Below are positions 1-9,859 of a stretch of 64,000 bases of DNA, piece after piece; the stretch's first letter is position 1; each line of letters starts with the position of its first letter. The stretch comes from an uncultured OCS116 cluster bacterium (GTDB lineage Bacteria; Pseudomonadota; Alphaproteobacteria; Rhizobiales; TMED25). The stretch lies in NCBI GenBank assembly GCA_902538185.1, contig CACBED010000001.1, positions 111,434-175,433 of the forward strand. The letters run 5' to 3'. The notes beneath the pieces are model-generated. The model was given only the letters and a program-made list of their open reading frames with translations. It was not told where the DNA came from and did not search any database. The translations under genes and the position numbers were made by a program.

Positions 1-1
1 G

Positions 2-301
2 GAGATGTGTCTGACAGGTAGGTCTATTACAGCAGAGGAGGCAAAAGATATTGGTCTTATTAATCATACATACGACACTGGTGAGTTGGTAAAAAATGCA
101 CTCCAACTCGCTGATAGCATATCCTTAAACCCAATGGAGGCAATAATTTCAACAAAAAAATTAATTAAGGATAGTTATGGTAATCAGGCAGACGGAATAA
201 TTGCTGAAAAAAATGAATTCATGAGATTATTAAAAGGTGCCAACGGTATTGAAGGTATGAATGCCTTTCTGGAAAGAAGGAAACCTCAATTCAAAAATTA
301 A
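2..301 (+). CDS. enoyl-CoA hydratase/isomerase (crotonase) family protein, C-terminal part; the 5' end lies outside the window
   Basis: The open frame runs from the window edge. The C-terminal motif ...GIEGMNAFLERRKPQF is typical of the crotonase fold C-terminus. Confidence 0.75.
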   Translation, partial: EMCLTGRSITAEEAKDIGLINHTYDTGELVKNALQLADSISLNPMEAIISTKKLIKDSYGNQADGIIAEKNEFMRLLKGANGIEGMNAFLERRKPQFKN

Positions 302-313
302 TGCATTATTGAG

Positions 314-342
314 TTGACTGAATATCATTCAATCTCTATATA
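314..342 (+). promoter_or_regulatory. sigma-70-like promoter candidate for rpsT (TTGACT-N17-TATATA)
   Basis: TTGACT at 314-319, a 17-nt spacer, then TATATA at 337-342, about 30 nt upstream of the rpsT TTG start. Motif match only. Confidence 0.4.
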
Positions 343-371
343 TTCAAATATTAATCAAAAGGAATGTAAAG

Positions 372-632
372 TTGGCAAATACAAAATCAGCAAAAAAAAT
401 GGTGCGCAAGATCGAAAGACGCACTCTCATTAATAAGATGAGAAGAAGTATGGTACGAACCTTTGTCAAAAAAGCAGAAGCAACTATCGAAGCTGGAGAT
501 AAGAAAAATGCTAAGGAAGCACTCCTAAATGCTGAAAAGCAACTCATGAGAGGTGCACAAAAAGGTGCCTTTAATAAAAAAATGGCTTCAAGAAAGATAT
601 CTCGGCTTACAAAAAAACTAATAAACTCATAA
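372..632 (+). CDS. rpsT: 30S ribosomal protein S20
   Basis: 86-aa basic protein starting (TTG)-ANTKSAKK, the canonical S20 N-terminus. Uses a TTG start codon. Confidence 0.93.
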   Translation: MANTKSAKKMVRKIERRTLINKMRRSMVRTFVKKAEATIEAGDKKNAKEALLNAEKQLMRGAQKGAFNKKMASRKISRLTKKLINS

Positions 633-933
633 AAAATATCTAATTTCCAATTACCTATCAAGTAAAGCTGTAGATTGCTTTTTTGAAACATCCATTAAAT
701 ATTTCAACTTTTTTTATGCTTTTAAATTATTATTCTATTTCAATAACTTATAATTAAAGTGTCAAAGTGATAAAAAAACGAATGGAATCTATTCATTTTT
801 TTTAAAAAAAAATCCCGTAATTTAAGAAAAAATATCTAATTAAAACCACACAAATTGTAATTAAAATTTATTATTATTCTACAGTCAGTTGTCAGTATTT
901 ATAAATATTGTTTGGTAACTCTATTTTATAAAA

Positions 934-963
934 TTTATATATTCAGTATACTGAATATATAAA
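934..963. repeat. 30-bp perfect palindrome TTTATATATTCAGTATACTGAATATATAAA
   Basis: Checked base by base: 934-948 is the exact reverse complement of 949-963. It lies in the non-coding rpsT-rhodanese/dnaA spacer. Confidence 0.9.
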
Positions 964-1073
964 AATAGGCTTTCCAATAAATTTATATTTACATATAGTA
1001 ATCTTGATATTTTTAATAAAATATCCGAGTGGGATAAGCAAAAACTCCATTCAAAATAGGGATCAAGAATCAA

Positions 1074-1529
1074 ATGCAAATCGATACATATAATACAACA
1101 ACAGAATACGCTGGTGATATAGATCCAAAGACTGCTTGGTCCATACTTGAGAATTATAATGAGAGTCTGCTTGTTGATGTCCGAACCAAAGCTGAATTAA
1201 ATTATGTTGGCTATCCAGACCTCTCATCACTAAAAAAATCATTTATCAACATTGAACAGCAATTTTTTCCTAGTGGTAATTTAAACGAGAACTTTGTCGC
1301 TGAGCTTGAAGAGATTATAATTGAAGACTCTCCAAATAAAGAATGTCATGTAGTATTTTTATGTCGCTCTGGCGCCAGGAGCGCTAGGGCTGCGACGTTA
1401 ATGGCACAACGTGGATGGATCAATTGCTATAATATTGCCTCGGGATTTGAAGGTGATCCCGACGAGTCTCATCATCGGGCCAATGTGAATGGATGGAAAT
1501 TCGAGAGGTTGCCGTGGATACAACAATAA
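1074..1529 (+). CDS. single-domain rhodanese-like sulfurtransferase
   Basis: Active-site loop CRSGARS within VVFLCRSGARSARAA, VDVRT motif, and a C-terminal GWK..LPW tail typical of small rhodaneses. Confidence 0.8.
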   Translation: MQIDTYNTTTEYAGDIDPKTAWSILENYNESLLVDVRTKAELNYVGYPDLSSLKKSFINIEQQFFPSGNLNENFVAELEEIIIEDSPNKECHVVFLCRSGARSARAATLMAQRGWINCYNIASGFEGDPDESHHRANVNGWKFERLPWIQQ

Positions 1530-2941
1530 ATACCCCCAATAAAAAAATCAATATTGATGATAGCTGGAATAGGGTAAGTAATAATCTACGTATTCAAATA
1601 GGAGATGATTTATATAATAGTTGGTTTGCTCGAATGGAAGTTCACGGTTTTGAAAATGGAACCTTAACATTGTCATTACCAACGCTATTTTTGAAAAGTT
1701 GGATCAAATCAAGATATTCTGAAAAACTAAACGAAATCTGGAAACAAGAAATCTCAGAGATAAATCATATTGAATTAAGAGTGCGAACTCATGGCGAGAA
1801 AACAAAAAGCTCTGCTAATGATAATGATAGCTCACTTCCTGGTTTGCAAAATACGATAATGCTTGATAATACGGATGAAAACTCCCTGATAAATACAAGT
1901 TCGCCTCTAGATAGAAGGTATACTTTTAGTAATTATGTAGTTGGTAGATCGAATGCACTTGCCCACGCGGCATCAATGCGTGTTTCCCAACCTCAAAAAA
2001 ATATACCTGTAGAATTTAACCCTTTATATATACACGGACCCGTTGGAACAGGAAAAACCCACTTATTGAATTCAATAGCATGGGAGTCTAGGGCTAGACA
2101 CCCAGAGAGAAAAGTCTTATTCTTATCTGCTGTCCGATTCATGAGCTCATTTGTGGAGGCAGTAAAATCAAAAGATACTATCAGTTTTAAGAAACTATTC
2201 ACAGATATTGATTTGCTTCTAATAGATGATATGCAATTTCTTCAAGGTAAATCCGTACAACAAGAGTTCTGCCACATATTCAATGCGCTTGATACCTCTA
2301 AGCATCAGATTGTAATTGCCGGTGACTCAGCTCCTTCCAAACTTGAAATGTTAGACGATAGAATGAGATCAAGATTATCAGGTGGATTGGTTGCACAAAT
2401 AGGTCCTACTGATTTCGATATAAGACGAGGCATTCTTGAGAAAAAACTTGCTCAAACGTTACGTGGTAACACGCGTATCGAAATATCACCATCTGTACTA
2501 GATTTTCTTGCGCGCAGGATCCAAAGCTCCGGTAGGGAGCTTGAAGGTGCGATGAATAGAATCATTGCAGCGCACAGCCTTAATAAAAGACCAATTACTG
2601 TTGAAGAGGCTGCCCTATCGATCCAAGACCTTATTAGCGAAGAACAAAATAGGCAAATCATGATCGAAGATGTTTTAAGAACAATTAGCGGACATTTTAA
2701 TGTCACAAAACAAGACATTTTATCATCCCGTCGACATAAAACAATAGTCTACCCAAGACAAATTGGGATGTATTTAGCAAAAGTCCTAACTACTCGCTCT
2801 CTTCCCGAGATTGGAAGAAAATTTGGTGGCAGAGATCACACCACTGTACTTCATGCAGTACGTAAAATTGAAAAACTAATAAAAACAAATCCAAGTATTA
2901 AGGAGTCCATTACCACACTTGAAAACTCCCTTAAAGAGTGA
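1493..2941 (+). CDS. dnaA: chromosomal replication initiator protein DnaA
   Basis: Walker A GPVGTGKTHLL, LLIDDMQFL box, sensor motifs, and a C-terminal DNA-binding helix (GGRDHTTVLHAVRKI). The start is ambiguous: ATG 1493 overlaps the rhodanese gene by 37 nt; GTG 1514 is an alternative. Confidence 0.95.
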   Translation: MEIREVAVDTTINTPNKKINIDDSWNRVSNNLRIQIGDDLYNSWFARMEVHGFENGTLTLSLPTLFLKSWIKSRYSEKLNEIWKQEISEINHIELRVRTHGEKTKSSANDNDSSLPGLQNTIMLDNTDENSLINTSSPLDRRYTFSNYVVGRSNALAHAASMRVSQPQKNIPVEFNPLYIHGPVGTGKTHLLNSIAWESRARHPERKVLFLSAVRFMSSFVEAVKSKDTISFKKLFTDIDLLLIDDMQFLQGKSVQQEFCHIFNALDTSKHQIVIAGDSAPSKLEMLDDRMRSRLSGGLVAQIGPTDFDIRRGILEKKLAQTLRGNTRIEISPSVLDFLARRIQSSGRELEGAMNRIIAAHSLNKRPITVEEAALSIQDLISEEQNRQIMIEDVLRTISGHFNVTKQDILSSRRHKTIVYPRQIGMYLAKVLTTRSLPEIGRKFGGRDHTTVLHAVRKIEKLIKTNPSIKESITTLENSLKE

Positions 2942-2972
2942 CTGATTAATATTTTCTGTCAATTATTGCAAT

Positions 2973-3000
2973 AAATATTAGTATCCAGACTAATATTTTT
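2973..3000 (+). terminator. AT-rich hairpin plus T-run between dnaA and dnaN (weak intrinsic terminator or attenuator candidate)
   Basis: AAATATTAGT (2973-2982) pairs with ACTAATATTT (2989-2998) around a 6-nt loop. T residues run to 3000. The stem contains only two G:C pairs. Confidence 0.3.
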
Positions 3001-3040
3001 ATATTCTTAGAATAGTACTAGTAATTAATCGAAAACTTTG

Positions 3041-4168
3041 ATGGAAGCAATACTTCAAAAAAATCAGTTCTTAAAAGCACTCACTCATGTACAAAATGTT
3101 GTTGAAAGAAGAAACACAATACCGATTCTTGCAAATATTCTAATTATTGCAGAAGGTGTTGGCTTGAAATTAATCGCGACAGATCTAGATATTGAACTAA
3201 TTGAAGAAATTGATGCAAAAATTGAAAAAGGAGGAAGCTTAACGGCTCCAGCTCATCTAGTCTATGATATAATTAGAAAATTACCAGACTCATCTGAAAT
3301 AACTCTTTCAAAAGACGACAGTCAAGATCATTTAACAATAAGGTCAGGCAAATCAAACTTCAAGCTGCAAACACTGCCAAGATCAGACTTCCCAGAAATA
3401 TCAGATAATGAATTTTCGCATGCTTTCACAATTGTGAGTGGAGAATTATACAGATTGATTGAGAAAACAAGATTTGCTATTTCAAATGAAGAAACGCGTT
3501 ACTACCTGAATGGTATTTACTTTCATGAATCAAAACCAATAGACGAGGATAAACTTTCAACCCTAAGAACTGTATCAACTGACGGTCATCGCCTGGCACA
3601 AGCGGAATTAACTTTGCCCGAGGGTGCATTGGGCATGCCTGGCATCATTATTCCAAGAAAAACAATCGCTGAAATCCAGAAGTTGACTCTTGAAAATGAT
3701 GGGGATGTTGAGGTAAAGATATCCGAAAATAAATTAAAGTTTGTTTTTAATAGTATTGAAGTTACCTCAAAAGTAATTGATGGAACATTTCCAGATTATC
3801 AAAGGGTAATACCATTCCAAAATAATAAAATAATGTCGGTAAAAACAAGTATACTTACCAACGCTGTAGATAGAGTAGCGACGCTATCAAGCGAACGTGG
3901 CAGGGCAGTCAAATTATCTTTGAAAGATAACAGTCTCACCTTGTCGGTAACGAGCCCTGAAGCCGGAACAGCAATTGAAGAAATATCAGTAGATTTTAAG
4001 GGTGATGACTTTGAGATTGGTTTCAATTCAAAATATTTGTTAGATATCTTATCGCAATTGAGCGGTGACTCCGTAAAGCTTTTATTTTCTGAACCGAATT
4101 CGCCTTGTTTGGTTCTAGACCCAAATGATGAGGCGACACTGTACGTCTTAATGCCGATGCGTGTATAA
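3041..4168 (+). CDS. dnaN: DNA polymerase III beta sliding clamp
   Basis: About 375 aa with a three-domain clamp pattern, a C-terminal ...LMPMRV, and a position right after dnaA. I prefer ATG 3041 over the adjacent TTG 3038 used in the ORF track. Confidence 0.95.
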   Translation: MEAILQKNQFLKALTHVQNVVERRNTIPILANILIIAEGVGLKLIATDLDIELIEEIDAKIEKGGSLTAPAHLVYDIIRKLPDSSEITLSKDDSQDHLTIRSGKSNFKLQTLPRSDFPEISDNEFSHAFTIVSGELYRLIEKTRFAISNEETRYYLNGIYFHESKPIDEDKLSTLRTVSTDGHRLAQAELTLPEGALGMPGIIIPRKTIAEIQKLTLENDGDVEVKISENKLKFVFNSIEVTSKVIDGTFPDYQRVIPFQNNKIMSVKTSILTNAVDRVATLSSERGRAVKLSLKDNSLTLSVTSPEAGTAIEEISVDFKGDDFEIGFNSKYLLDILSQLSGDSVKLLFSEPNSPCLVLDPNDEATLYVLMPMRV

Positions 4169-4196
4169 AAATTTAATAAAAAAAATTAGTAAATAT

Positions 4197-4224
4197 CTTG
4201 TAGGAATAATTTTTAGCCTTATAT
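4197..4224 (+). promoter_or_regulatory. RpoH (sigma-32)-type heat-shock promoter candidate for dnaKJ
   Basis: CTTG (4197-4200), N17, then CTTATAT (4218-4224). This matches the alphaproteobacterial heat-shock promoter pattern CTTG-N17-CYTATNT as I recall it. It lies about 60 nt upstream of the dnaK ATG. Confidence 0.5.
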
Positions 4225-4286
4225 AACATTTATAGGGATTATATTTATTATATTCATTACTTTTTTAATAATTAAGGAGTATAAAA

Positions 4287-6188
4287 ATGGCTAAAATTAT
4301 AGGCATTGATCTGGGAACAACGAATTCTTGCGTGGCAGTTATGGACGGCAAGGATCCGAAAGTTATTGAAAATTCTGAAGGTGCTAGGACCACACCATCA
4401 ATGGTTGCATTTGGTGATGACTCCGAACGCATCACAGGACTTCCAGCAAAACGTCAAGCTGTTACGAATCCAGAAAACACACTATTTGCAGTAAAAAGAC
4501 TTATGGGTAGAAGATTTGACGATCCCCTTGTTAAAAAAGATAAAGACATTGTCCCTTTCAAAATATCTAAAGCTGATAATGGGGATGCTTGGGTTGAAGC
4601 ACAATCTGAAAAATATTCACCCTCACAAATATCAGCATTTATACTCCAAAAAATGAAAGAAACAGCTGAAAGCTATCTCTCCGAAAACGTTACACAAGCA
4701 GTTATTACGGTCCCCGCATATTTCAACGATGCGCAAAGACAAGCTACAAAAGATGCGGGCAAAATTGCAGGTCTTGAGGTCTTGAGAATTATTAATGAAC
4801 CAACTGCGGCAGCGCTGGCTTATGGTCTTGACCGTAAAGATGGACAGACAATAGCTGTTTACGATCTCGGTGGGGGTACATTTGACATATCAATCCTAGA
4901 GATTGGAGATGGAGTATTTGAGGTTAAATCAACTAATGGGGATACATTCCTCGGAGGAGAGGATTTTGATACAAGACTTGTAAATTACCTTGCTGAGGAA
5001 TTTAAAAAAGATCAGGCTGTAGATTTACTGAAAGATAAGCTTGCTCTCCAAAGGTTAAAAGAAGCTGCAGAAAAAGCAAAAATAGAGCTATCTTCTACTA
5101 CTCAAACAGAAGTAAATCTGCCGTTTATTACCGCTGATCAATCGGGGCCTAAGCACTTAAATATAAAATTAACAAGGGCTAAGTTTGAAACACTAGTTGC
5201 AGATCTGATTGAAAATACAATCACACCATGTCAAAAAGCACTCAAGGATGCTGGACTGAAAGCCGGCGAAATCGACGAGGTTGTAATGGTGGGCGGAATG
5301 TCAAGAATGCCAAAAGTCCTTGAAAAAGTGCAAAATTTCTTTGGAAAAGAGCCTCACAGAGGAGTTAACCCAGATGAAGTCGTTGCAATTGGCGCTGCTA
5401 TACAAGCGGGTGTTTTGCAAGGTGATGTAAAGGATGTACTTCTCCTAGACGTAACTCCATTATCACTTGGTATTGAGACTTTGGGTGGTGTATTTACCAG
5501 ACTAATTGATAGAAATACGACTATTCCTACAAAAAAAAGCCAAACTTTTTCAACCGCAGAAGATAACCAGGCAGCTGTTACGATAAGAGTGTTCCAAGGT
5601 GAAAGAGAAATGGCAGCAGATAATAAATTACTGGGGAATTTTGATCTTGTTGGCATATCTCCAGCTCCACGCGGTATTCCACAAATCGAAGTAACATTCG
5701 ATATTGACGCAAATGGAATAGTAAACGTGAAAGCAGTTGATAAAGCTACAAATAAGGAACAATCAATCAAGATTCAAGCATCCGGTGGTCTATCCGATGA
5801 TGATATTGAAAAAATGGTAAAAGATGCGGAAGAGCACGCAGAGGAGGATAAGGCTAAGAAAGAGCTCATTGAAACAAAAAATCAGGCAGAATCGTTAATA
5901 CACGGAACGGAAAAAAGTCTCACAGAAAATAGTGATAAGATTAATGAAGATGATAAAAAATCGATCGAAGATGCCATTAGTCAATTGAAAGCATCCTTAG
6001 AAAGTGATGATGCTGCGAGAATATCTAGTGATCTCGAAGTGCTAACTCAGGAAGCTATGAAGCTCGGAGAAGCGATCTACAAATCACAAGAGGAAACTCA
6101 AAATAATGAGACTGAGAACCCCGAGCCCGAAGACAGCACAATCGTAGATGCTGATTTTGAAGAAGTTGATGAAGATAAAAATACATAA
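4287..6188 (+). CDS. dnaK: molecular chaperone DnaK (Hsp70)
   Basis: [22 protein letters not shown] and the [10 protein letters not shown] signatures. AAGGAG Shine-Dalgarno upstream. Confidence 0.98.
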   Translation: MAKIIGIDLGTTNSCVAVMDGKDPKVIENSEGARTTPSMVAFGDDSERITGLPAKRQAVTNPENTLFAVKRLMGRRFDDPLVKKDKDIVPFKISKADNGDAWVEAQSEKYSPSQISAFILQKMKETAESYLSENVTQAVITVPAYFNDAQRQATKDAGKIAGLEVLRIINEPTAAALAYGLDRKDGQTIAVYDLGGGTFDISILEIGDGVFEVKSTNGDTFLGGEDFDTRLVNYLAEEFKKDQAVDLLKDKLALQRLKEAAEKAKIELSSTTQTEVNLPFITADQSGPKHLNIKLTRAKFETLVADLIENTITPCQKALKDAGLKAGEIDEVVMVGGMSRMPKVLEKVQNFFGKEPHRGVNPDEVVAIGAAIQAGVLQGDVKDVLLLDVTPLSLGIETLGGVFTRLIDRNTTIPTKKSQTFSTAEDNQAAVTIRVFQGEREMAADNKLLGNFDLVGISPAPRGIPQIEVTFDIDANGIVNVKAVDKATNKEQSIKIQASGGLSDDDIEKMVKDAEEHAEEDKAKKELIETKNQAESLIHGTEKSLTENSDKINEDDKKSIEDAISQLKASLESDDAARISSDLEVLTQEAMKLGEAIYKSQEETQNNETENPEPEDSTIVDADFEEVDEDKNT

Positions 6189-6220
6189 TCAATAGCCCTC
6201 CTAATCAAAGGAAGACTGAT

Positions 6221-7342
6221 ATGGCAAAAAAAGATTACTATGACATATTAGGAGTCGAAAAAAATTGTGATGATAAGTCGCTAAAAAGTGCTTTCAGAAA
6301 ACTCGCAAAAGAGCACCATCCCGACCACAATGCCGGTAATCCTGAATCTGAAGCAAAATTCAAAGAAATATCAGAAGCATATGAAAGACTAAAAAACCCG
6401 GAAAGCAGAGCCGCCTACGATAGATACGGACATGCAGCATTTGATGGGTCGACTGGAAGAGGCCATTCCCCAGGTGGATTTGATGGTAATTTTTCCTCAG
6501 CATTTTCGGATATATTTAACGATTTTTTTGGTGACTTTTCATCGACATCAAGATCTCAAGAAACCTCGAATCGAGGTTCTGACTTAAGATACAATATTGA
6601 AATAACTCTCGAAGATGCATACCGTGGGAAATCTGATACCATCAATGTCCCGATGAATTCCGTTTGTACAAACTGTAATGGTAATGGCAGTGAAAAAGGA
6701 GAAGTGCCGATTGTTTGTCCGAATTGTCAGGGATCGGGTAAAACCCGGGCAAGCCAAGGTTTTTTTACAATAGAGAGAACCTGTACATCTTGCCAAGGTA
6801 GAGGGCAGATTATTGTAAATCCATGTAAATCATGTAGTGGCGAAGGAAGAGTAAAGAAACCTAAAAAATTGAATGTAAACATCCCAGCTGGTGTTGAAGA
6901 TGGCAATAGGATCAGACTTAGTGGTCAAGGAGAGGCTGGAATTAGGGGTGGTAGAACCGGAGATTTATATATATTTGTGTCAATCAAACCCCACAAGCTC
7001 TTTCAAAGGGATGGGGCGGATCTATACCTAAATATTCCTGTATCAATGGTAAAAGCTACCCTAGGTGGTCAGATTGATATTCCAACAATCGATGGCGGGA
7101 AACTCAGCGTTAGTTTACCCGAAGGCTCCCAGAATAATAAACATTTAAGATTAAGGGGCAAGGGTATGCCGGTTATAAGAAGAAATAATTTTGGGGACCT
7201 TCACTTGCAAATTACTGTAGAAACACCAATTAATCTTACAAAAAAACAAAAAGAATTACTTGCTGAATTCGAAAAAATATCAAATGAAAAAACAAACCCT
7301 CTCAGCAGCAGTTTTTTTAAAAAATTTAGAGATTTTTTTTAG
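6221..7342 (+). CDS. dnaJ: molecular chaperone DnaJ (Hsp40)
   Basis: J-domain with HPD (KEHHPDHN), a G/F-rich linker, and four CxxCxGxG zinc-finger repeats. Confidence 0.97.
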   Translation: MAKKDYYDILGVEKNCDDKSLKSAFRKLAKEHHPDHNAGNPESEAKFKEISEAYERLKNPESRAAYDRYGHAAFDGSTGRGHSPGGFDGNFSSAFSDIFNDFFGDFSSTSRSQETSNRGSDLRYNIEITLEDAYRGKSDTINVPMNSVCTNCNGNGSEKGEVPIVCPNCQGSGKTRASQGFFTIERTCTSCQGRGQIIVNPCKSCSGEGRVKKPKKLNVNIPAGVEDGNRIRLSGQGEAGIRGGRTGDLYIFVSIKPHKLFQRDGADLYLNIPVSMVKATLGGQIDIPTIDGGKLSVSLPEGSQNNKHLRLRGKGMPVIRRNNFGDLHLQITVETPINLTKKQKELLAEFEKISNEKTNPLSSSFFKKFRDFF

Positions 7343-7415
7343 AGATTTTTTGCATTAAAAGATATTTCATCGTAAGATGATCAAAAAATTATAATTAAAA
7401 TAATATGGTTCTATC

Positions 7416-8216
7416 ATGAAAGTGATTATTGCAGGTGCAGCAGGAAGAATGGGTCGTGAGTTATTAAAATATGCCCATCAAAACGCTGATATTGATATAG
7501 TTGGAGCATCAGAAGAGTCCGGTTCAGATTGGATTGGAAAGGATATTGGTGAAGTAATTGGTGAAGCTAATATGAATATCAAAATTGTTTCTGACATTTT
7601 AGAACTTATTAAATCTGCTGACGTTATTATCGACTTTACCAACCCGGAAACAACACTTGCAAATGCTGTACTAGCTGCACAAGCCAGAATCTCTCATATA
7701 ATCGGTACGACCGGTTTTCAAAATGAAGAAATTGAGAGGTTAAAGAAAGCAGGAAATCACGCAGTTCTTGTTCAATCGGGCAATATGAGCCTCGGCATAA
7801 ATATACTATCTCAAATGACTGAAAAGATTGCCAGAATATTATTAGATTTTGATATTGAAATTACTGAAATACATCATAATCAAAAAGTAGACGCACCCTC
7901 CGGAACAGCATTAATACTTGGAGAGTCAGCGGCAAAAGGAAGATCATTAAATTTAGAAAATAATGCTGTTTATGAAAGACATGGGAATACAGGTCGCAGA
8001 GACAAAAATACCATCGGCTTTTCATCAATCAGGGGTGGAAGTATTGTTGGTGAACACTCTGTTATATTTGCCGGTGACAGTGAGGTGATAACATTATCTC
8101 ATTCAGCCTTGAGTCGGAAAATTTTTGTCAAAGGGGCAATGTTAGCTGCAAGATGGTCGCTAGGCAAGGATCCTGGTTATTACAGTATGGATGATGTTCT
8201 GAATATAGAAAAATAG
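7416..8216 (+). CDS. dapB: 4-hydroxy-tetrahydrodipicolinate reductase
   Basis: N-terminal GAAGRMG Rossmann motif and the E(I)HHNQKVDAPSGTA signature. Confidence 0.93.
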   Translation: MKVIIAGAAGRMGRELLKYAHQNADIDIVGASEESGSDWIGKDIGEVIGEANMNIKIVSDILELIKSADVIIDFTNPETTLANAVLAAQARISHIIGTTGFQNEEIERLKKAGNHAVLVQSGNMSLGINILSQMTEKIARILLDFDIEITEIHHNQKVDAPSGTALILGESAAKGRSLNLENNAVYERHGNTGRRDKNTIGFSSIRGGSIVGEHSVIFAGDSEVITLSHSALSRKIFVKGAMLAARWSLGKDPGYYSMDDVLNIEK

Positions 8217-8224
8217 GAAATTTC

Positions 8225-8845
8225 ATGTCAAAATTGATCATATTAAGACACGGTGAGAGCGAGTGGAACAAATTAAACCTGTTTACCGGGTGGGAAGATG
8301 TGAATCTTACTGATCAGGGTAAAATAGAAGCGAAATTAGCTGCATTTGCGATCCAGAATTTAAAAGTTGATATTAATCATGCCTATACGAGCGCACTTAA
8401 GAGAGCCAGTAAGACACTGGAAATTGTTCTTTATGTATTAAAAAAAAATATCCCTATAATATCAGACAAAGCATTAAATGAGAGAAACTATGGCAGCTTA
8501 ACTGGCATGAACAAAGATGATGCTCGAAATAAATGGGGTGATGAACAGGTTAAATTATGGAGACGTTCCTATGATATTGCCCCAGAAAATGGGGAGAGTC
8601 TGAAAGATACATATAACCGCACTATCCCATACTTCAAGAAAAATATACTTCCCAAACTACATGATGGTGAAAATGTCATTATTACCGCTCACGGTAACTC
8701 ACTCAGATCCATAATAATGCATGTGGAGGGTCTAAGTGAAGAAGCAATTGTGAATGTCGAAATAACAACTGGGATCCCAATTGTTTATGAATATGAAGAT
8801 AAGAAAATAATCAAAAAAACTGAGTTATTTGTAAAAAGATATTAG
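8225..8845 (+). CDS. gpmA: 2,3-bisphosphoglycerate-dependent phosphoglycerate mutase (short form)
   Basis: LILRHGESEWN catalytic His motif and a second His in TAHGNSLR. Confidence 0.9.
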   Translation: MSKLIILRHGESEWNKLNLFTGWEDVNLTDQGKIEAKLAAFAIQNLKVDINHAYTSALKRASKTLEIVLYVLKKNIPIISDKALNERNYGSLTGMNKDDARNKWGDEQVKLWRRSYDIAPENGESLKDTYNRTIPYFKKNILPKLHDGENVIITAHGNSLRSIIMHVEGLSEEAIVNVEITTGIPIVYEYEDKKIIKKTELFVKRY

Positions 8846-8860
8846 AAACCAAGTCATATT

Positions 8861-9859
8861 ATGAATGTGCTTTTTATTGGTAATGCAATTATCGATGTAA
8901 TCTCTCATTTGGATGAGATAGATCAAATTGACCCTAATTTTATTGGTAAAATGCAAATTGTGTCTCAAAATGAGATTAATGATAAAATCAAGCTTTTATC
9001 AAATAAAAAGATAGTTCCGGGTGGGAGTGCAAATAATAGCGCATGCGGCTTATCAATGCTCGAGGAAGAAGTATGTTTCATTGGAAAAATTGGCAATGAT
9101 AACTACGGGGAAATCTACCTCGAACAGAATAAAGAGCATAATGTAGAAACAGGCCTGATGATAGTCGATAATGAATCTAAAACAGGACTTTCACTTGTTT
9201 ATGTAACACCAGACGGGGAAAGAACTATGAACACTTTTCCAGGGGCATCAGAAGCGCTTGATGCATCAGACATACCAAAAGCTGCCTTTAGCAGGATTTC
9301 TGGTATTTTTATAGAAGGGTACCTATTATACTCGCCATATGGACTCGAACTTATATCCAAGTCAATCAGCAATGCCAAAGCAAGTAAAGGCTTTACAGCA
9401 ATTTCTCTATCTGATGTGGATTGTGTTGATAAATATAGAGATGATTTTCTAAATCTAATAAAGTCCCATCAAATTAATCTTATTTTTGGTAATAAAATGG
9501 AGATGATGAGTCTTTTGGAGGTCAAGAAAGAAATAGATCTTATAAAAAGAATGAAAGAGCTTTCAGGGTTTGTGGAAAGATTAATCATGACATCGGGAAA
9601 GAATGGCTCACTATCCATCGAAAAGGGTGTACTTATTGATTCCTCAACAAAAGATGTGGAAGATTGCACAGATACTACAGGGGCTGGTGATTTATTTGTC
9701 TCCGGGTACCTGAAGGCATACCTAAATAAATCTAGTCCAATTGACTGTTTGAAAGCTGGTAACTTTGTTGCTTCAAAAATTTTAAAGAGGGATGGGGGTA
9801 AATTAGATTTTGCTGATTACAGAGAGATAAAAAATAATATCCAGAGATATATTTTATAG
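8861..9859 (+). CDS. PfkB-family carbohydrate/nucleoside kinase (adenosine-kinase-like)
   Basis: PGGSANN N-terminal motif and the C-terminal DTTGAGDLF PfkB signature. The substrate cannot be assigned from sequence alone. Confidence 0.8.
   Translation: MNVLFIGNAIIDVISHLDEIDQIDPNFIGKMQIVSQNEINDKIKLLSNKKIVPGGSANNSACGLSMLEEEVCFIGKIGNDNYGEIYLEQNKEHNVETGLMIVDNESKTGLSLVYVTPDGERTMNTFPGASEALDASDIPKAAFSRISGIFIEGYLLYSPYGLELISKSISNAKASKGFTAISLSDVDCVDKYRDDFLNLIKSHQINLIFGNKMEMMSLLEVKKEIDLIKRMKELSGFVERLIMTSGKNGSLSIEKGVLIDSSTKDVEDCTDTTGAGDLFVSGYLKAYLNKSSPIDCLKAGNFVASKILKRDGGKLDFADYREIKNNIQRYIL

Noticed and set aside
340-348. Recurring ATATTCAAA 9-mer (340-348, 22132-22140, 22173-22181) linking the rpsT promoter and the origin region.
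   Set aside because: A rough estimate for this AT-rich composition predicts about 3 chance occurrences in 64 kb on both strands, so the recurrence is not significant.
344-691. 115-aa minus-strand ORF covering rpsT.
   Set aside because: It is antisense to an unmistakable S20 gene, and the translation is hydrophobic nonsense.
633-1073. The rpsT-dnaA spacer as the replication origin.
   Set aside because: I could not find any 9-mer within one mismatch of TTATCCACA here; the best candidates (AAAACCACA, GTGGGATAA) have three mismatches. The hemE-upstream spacer has a perfect box and the conserved alphaproteobacterial origin synteny. I keep this region as a regulatory-region finding instead; only a skew analysis can settle it.
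7328-7351. Tandem AGAGA-T8 / AGAGA-T6 repeat spanning the dnaJ stop codon.
   Set aside because: It is a very short, low-complexity A/T-rich duplication that is easily produced by slippage. There is no hairpin and no evident function beyond perhaps a weak T-tract.
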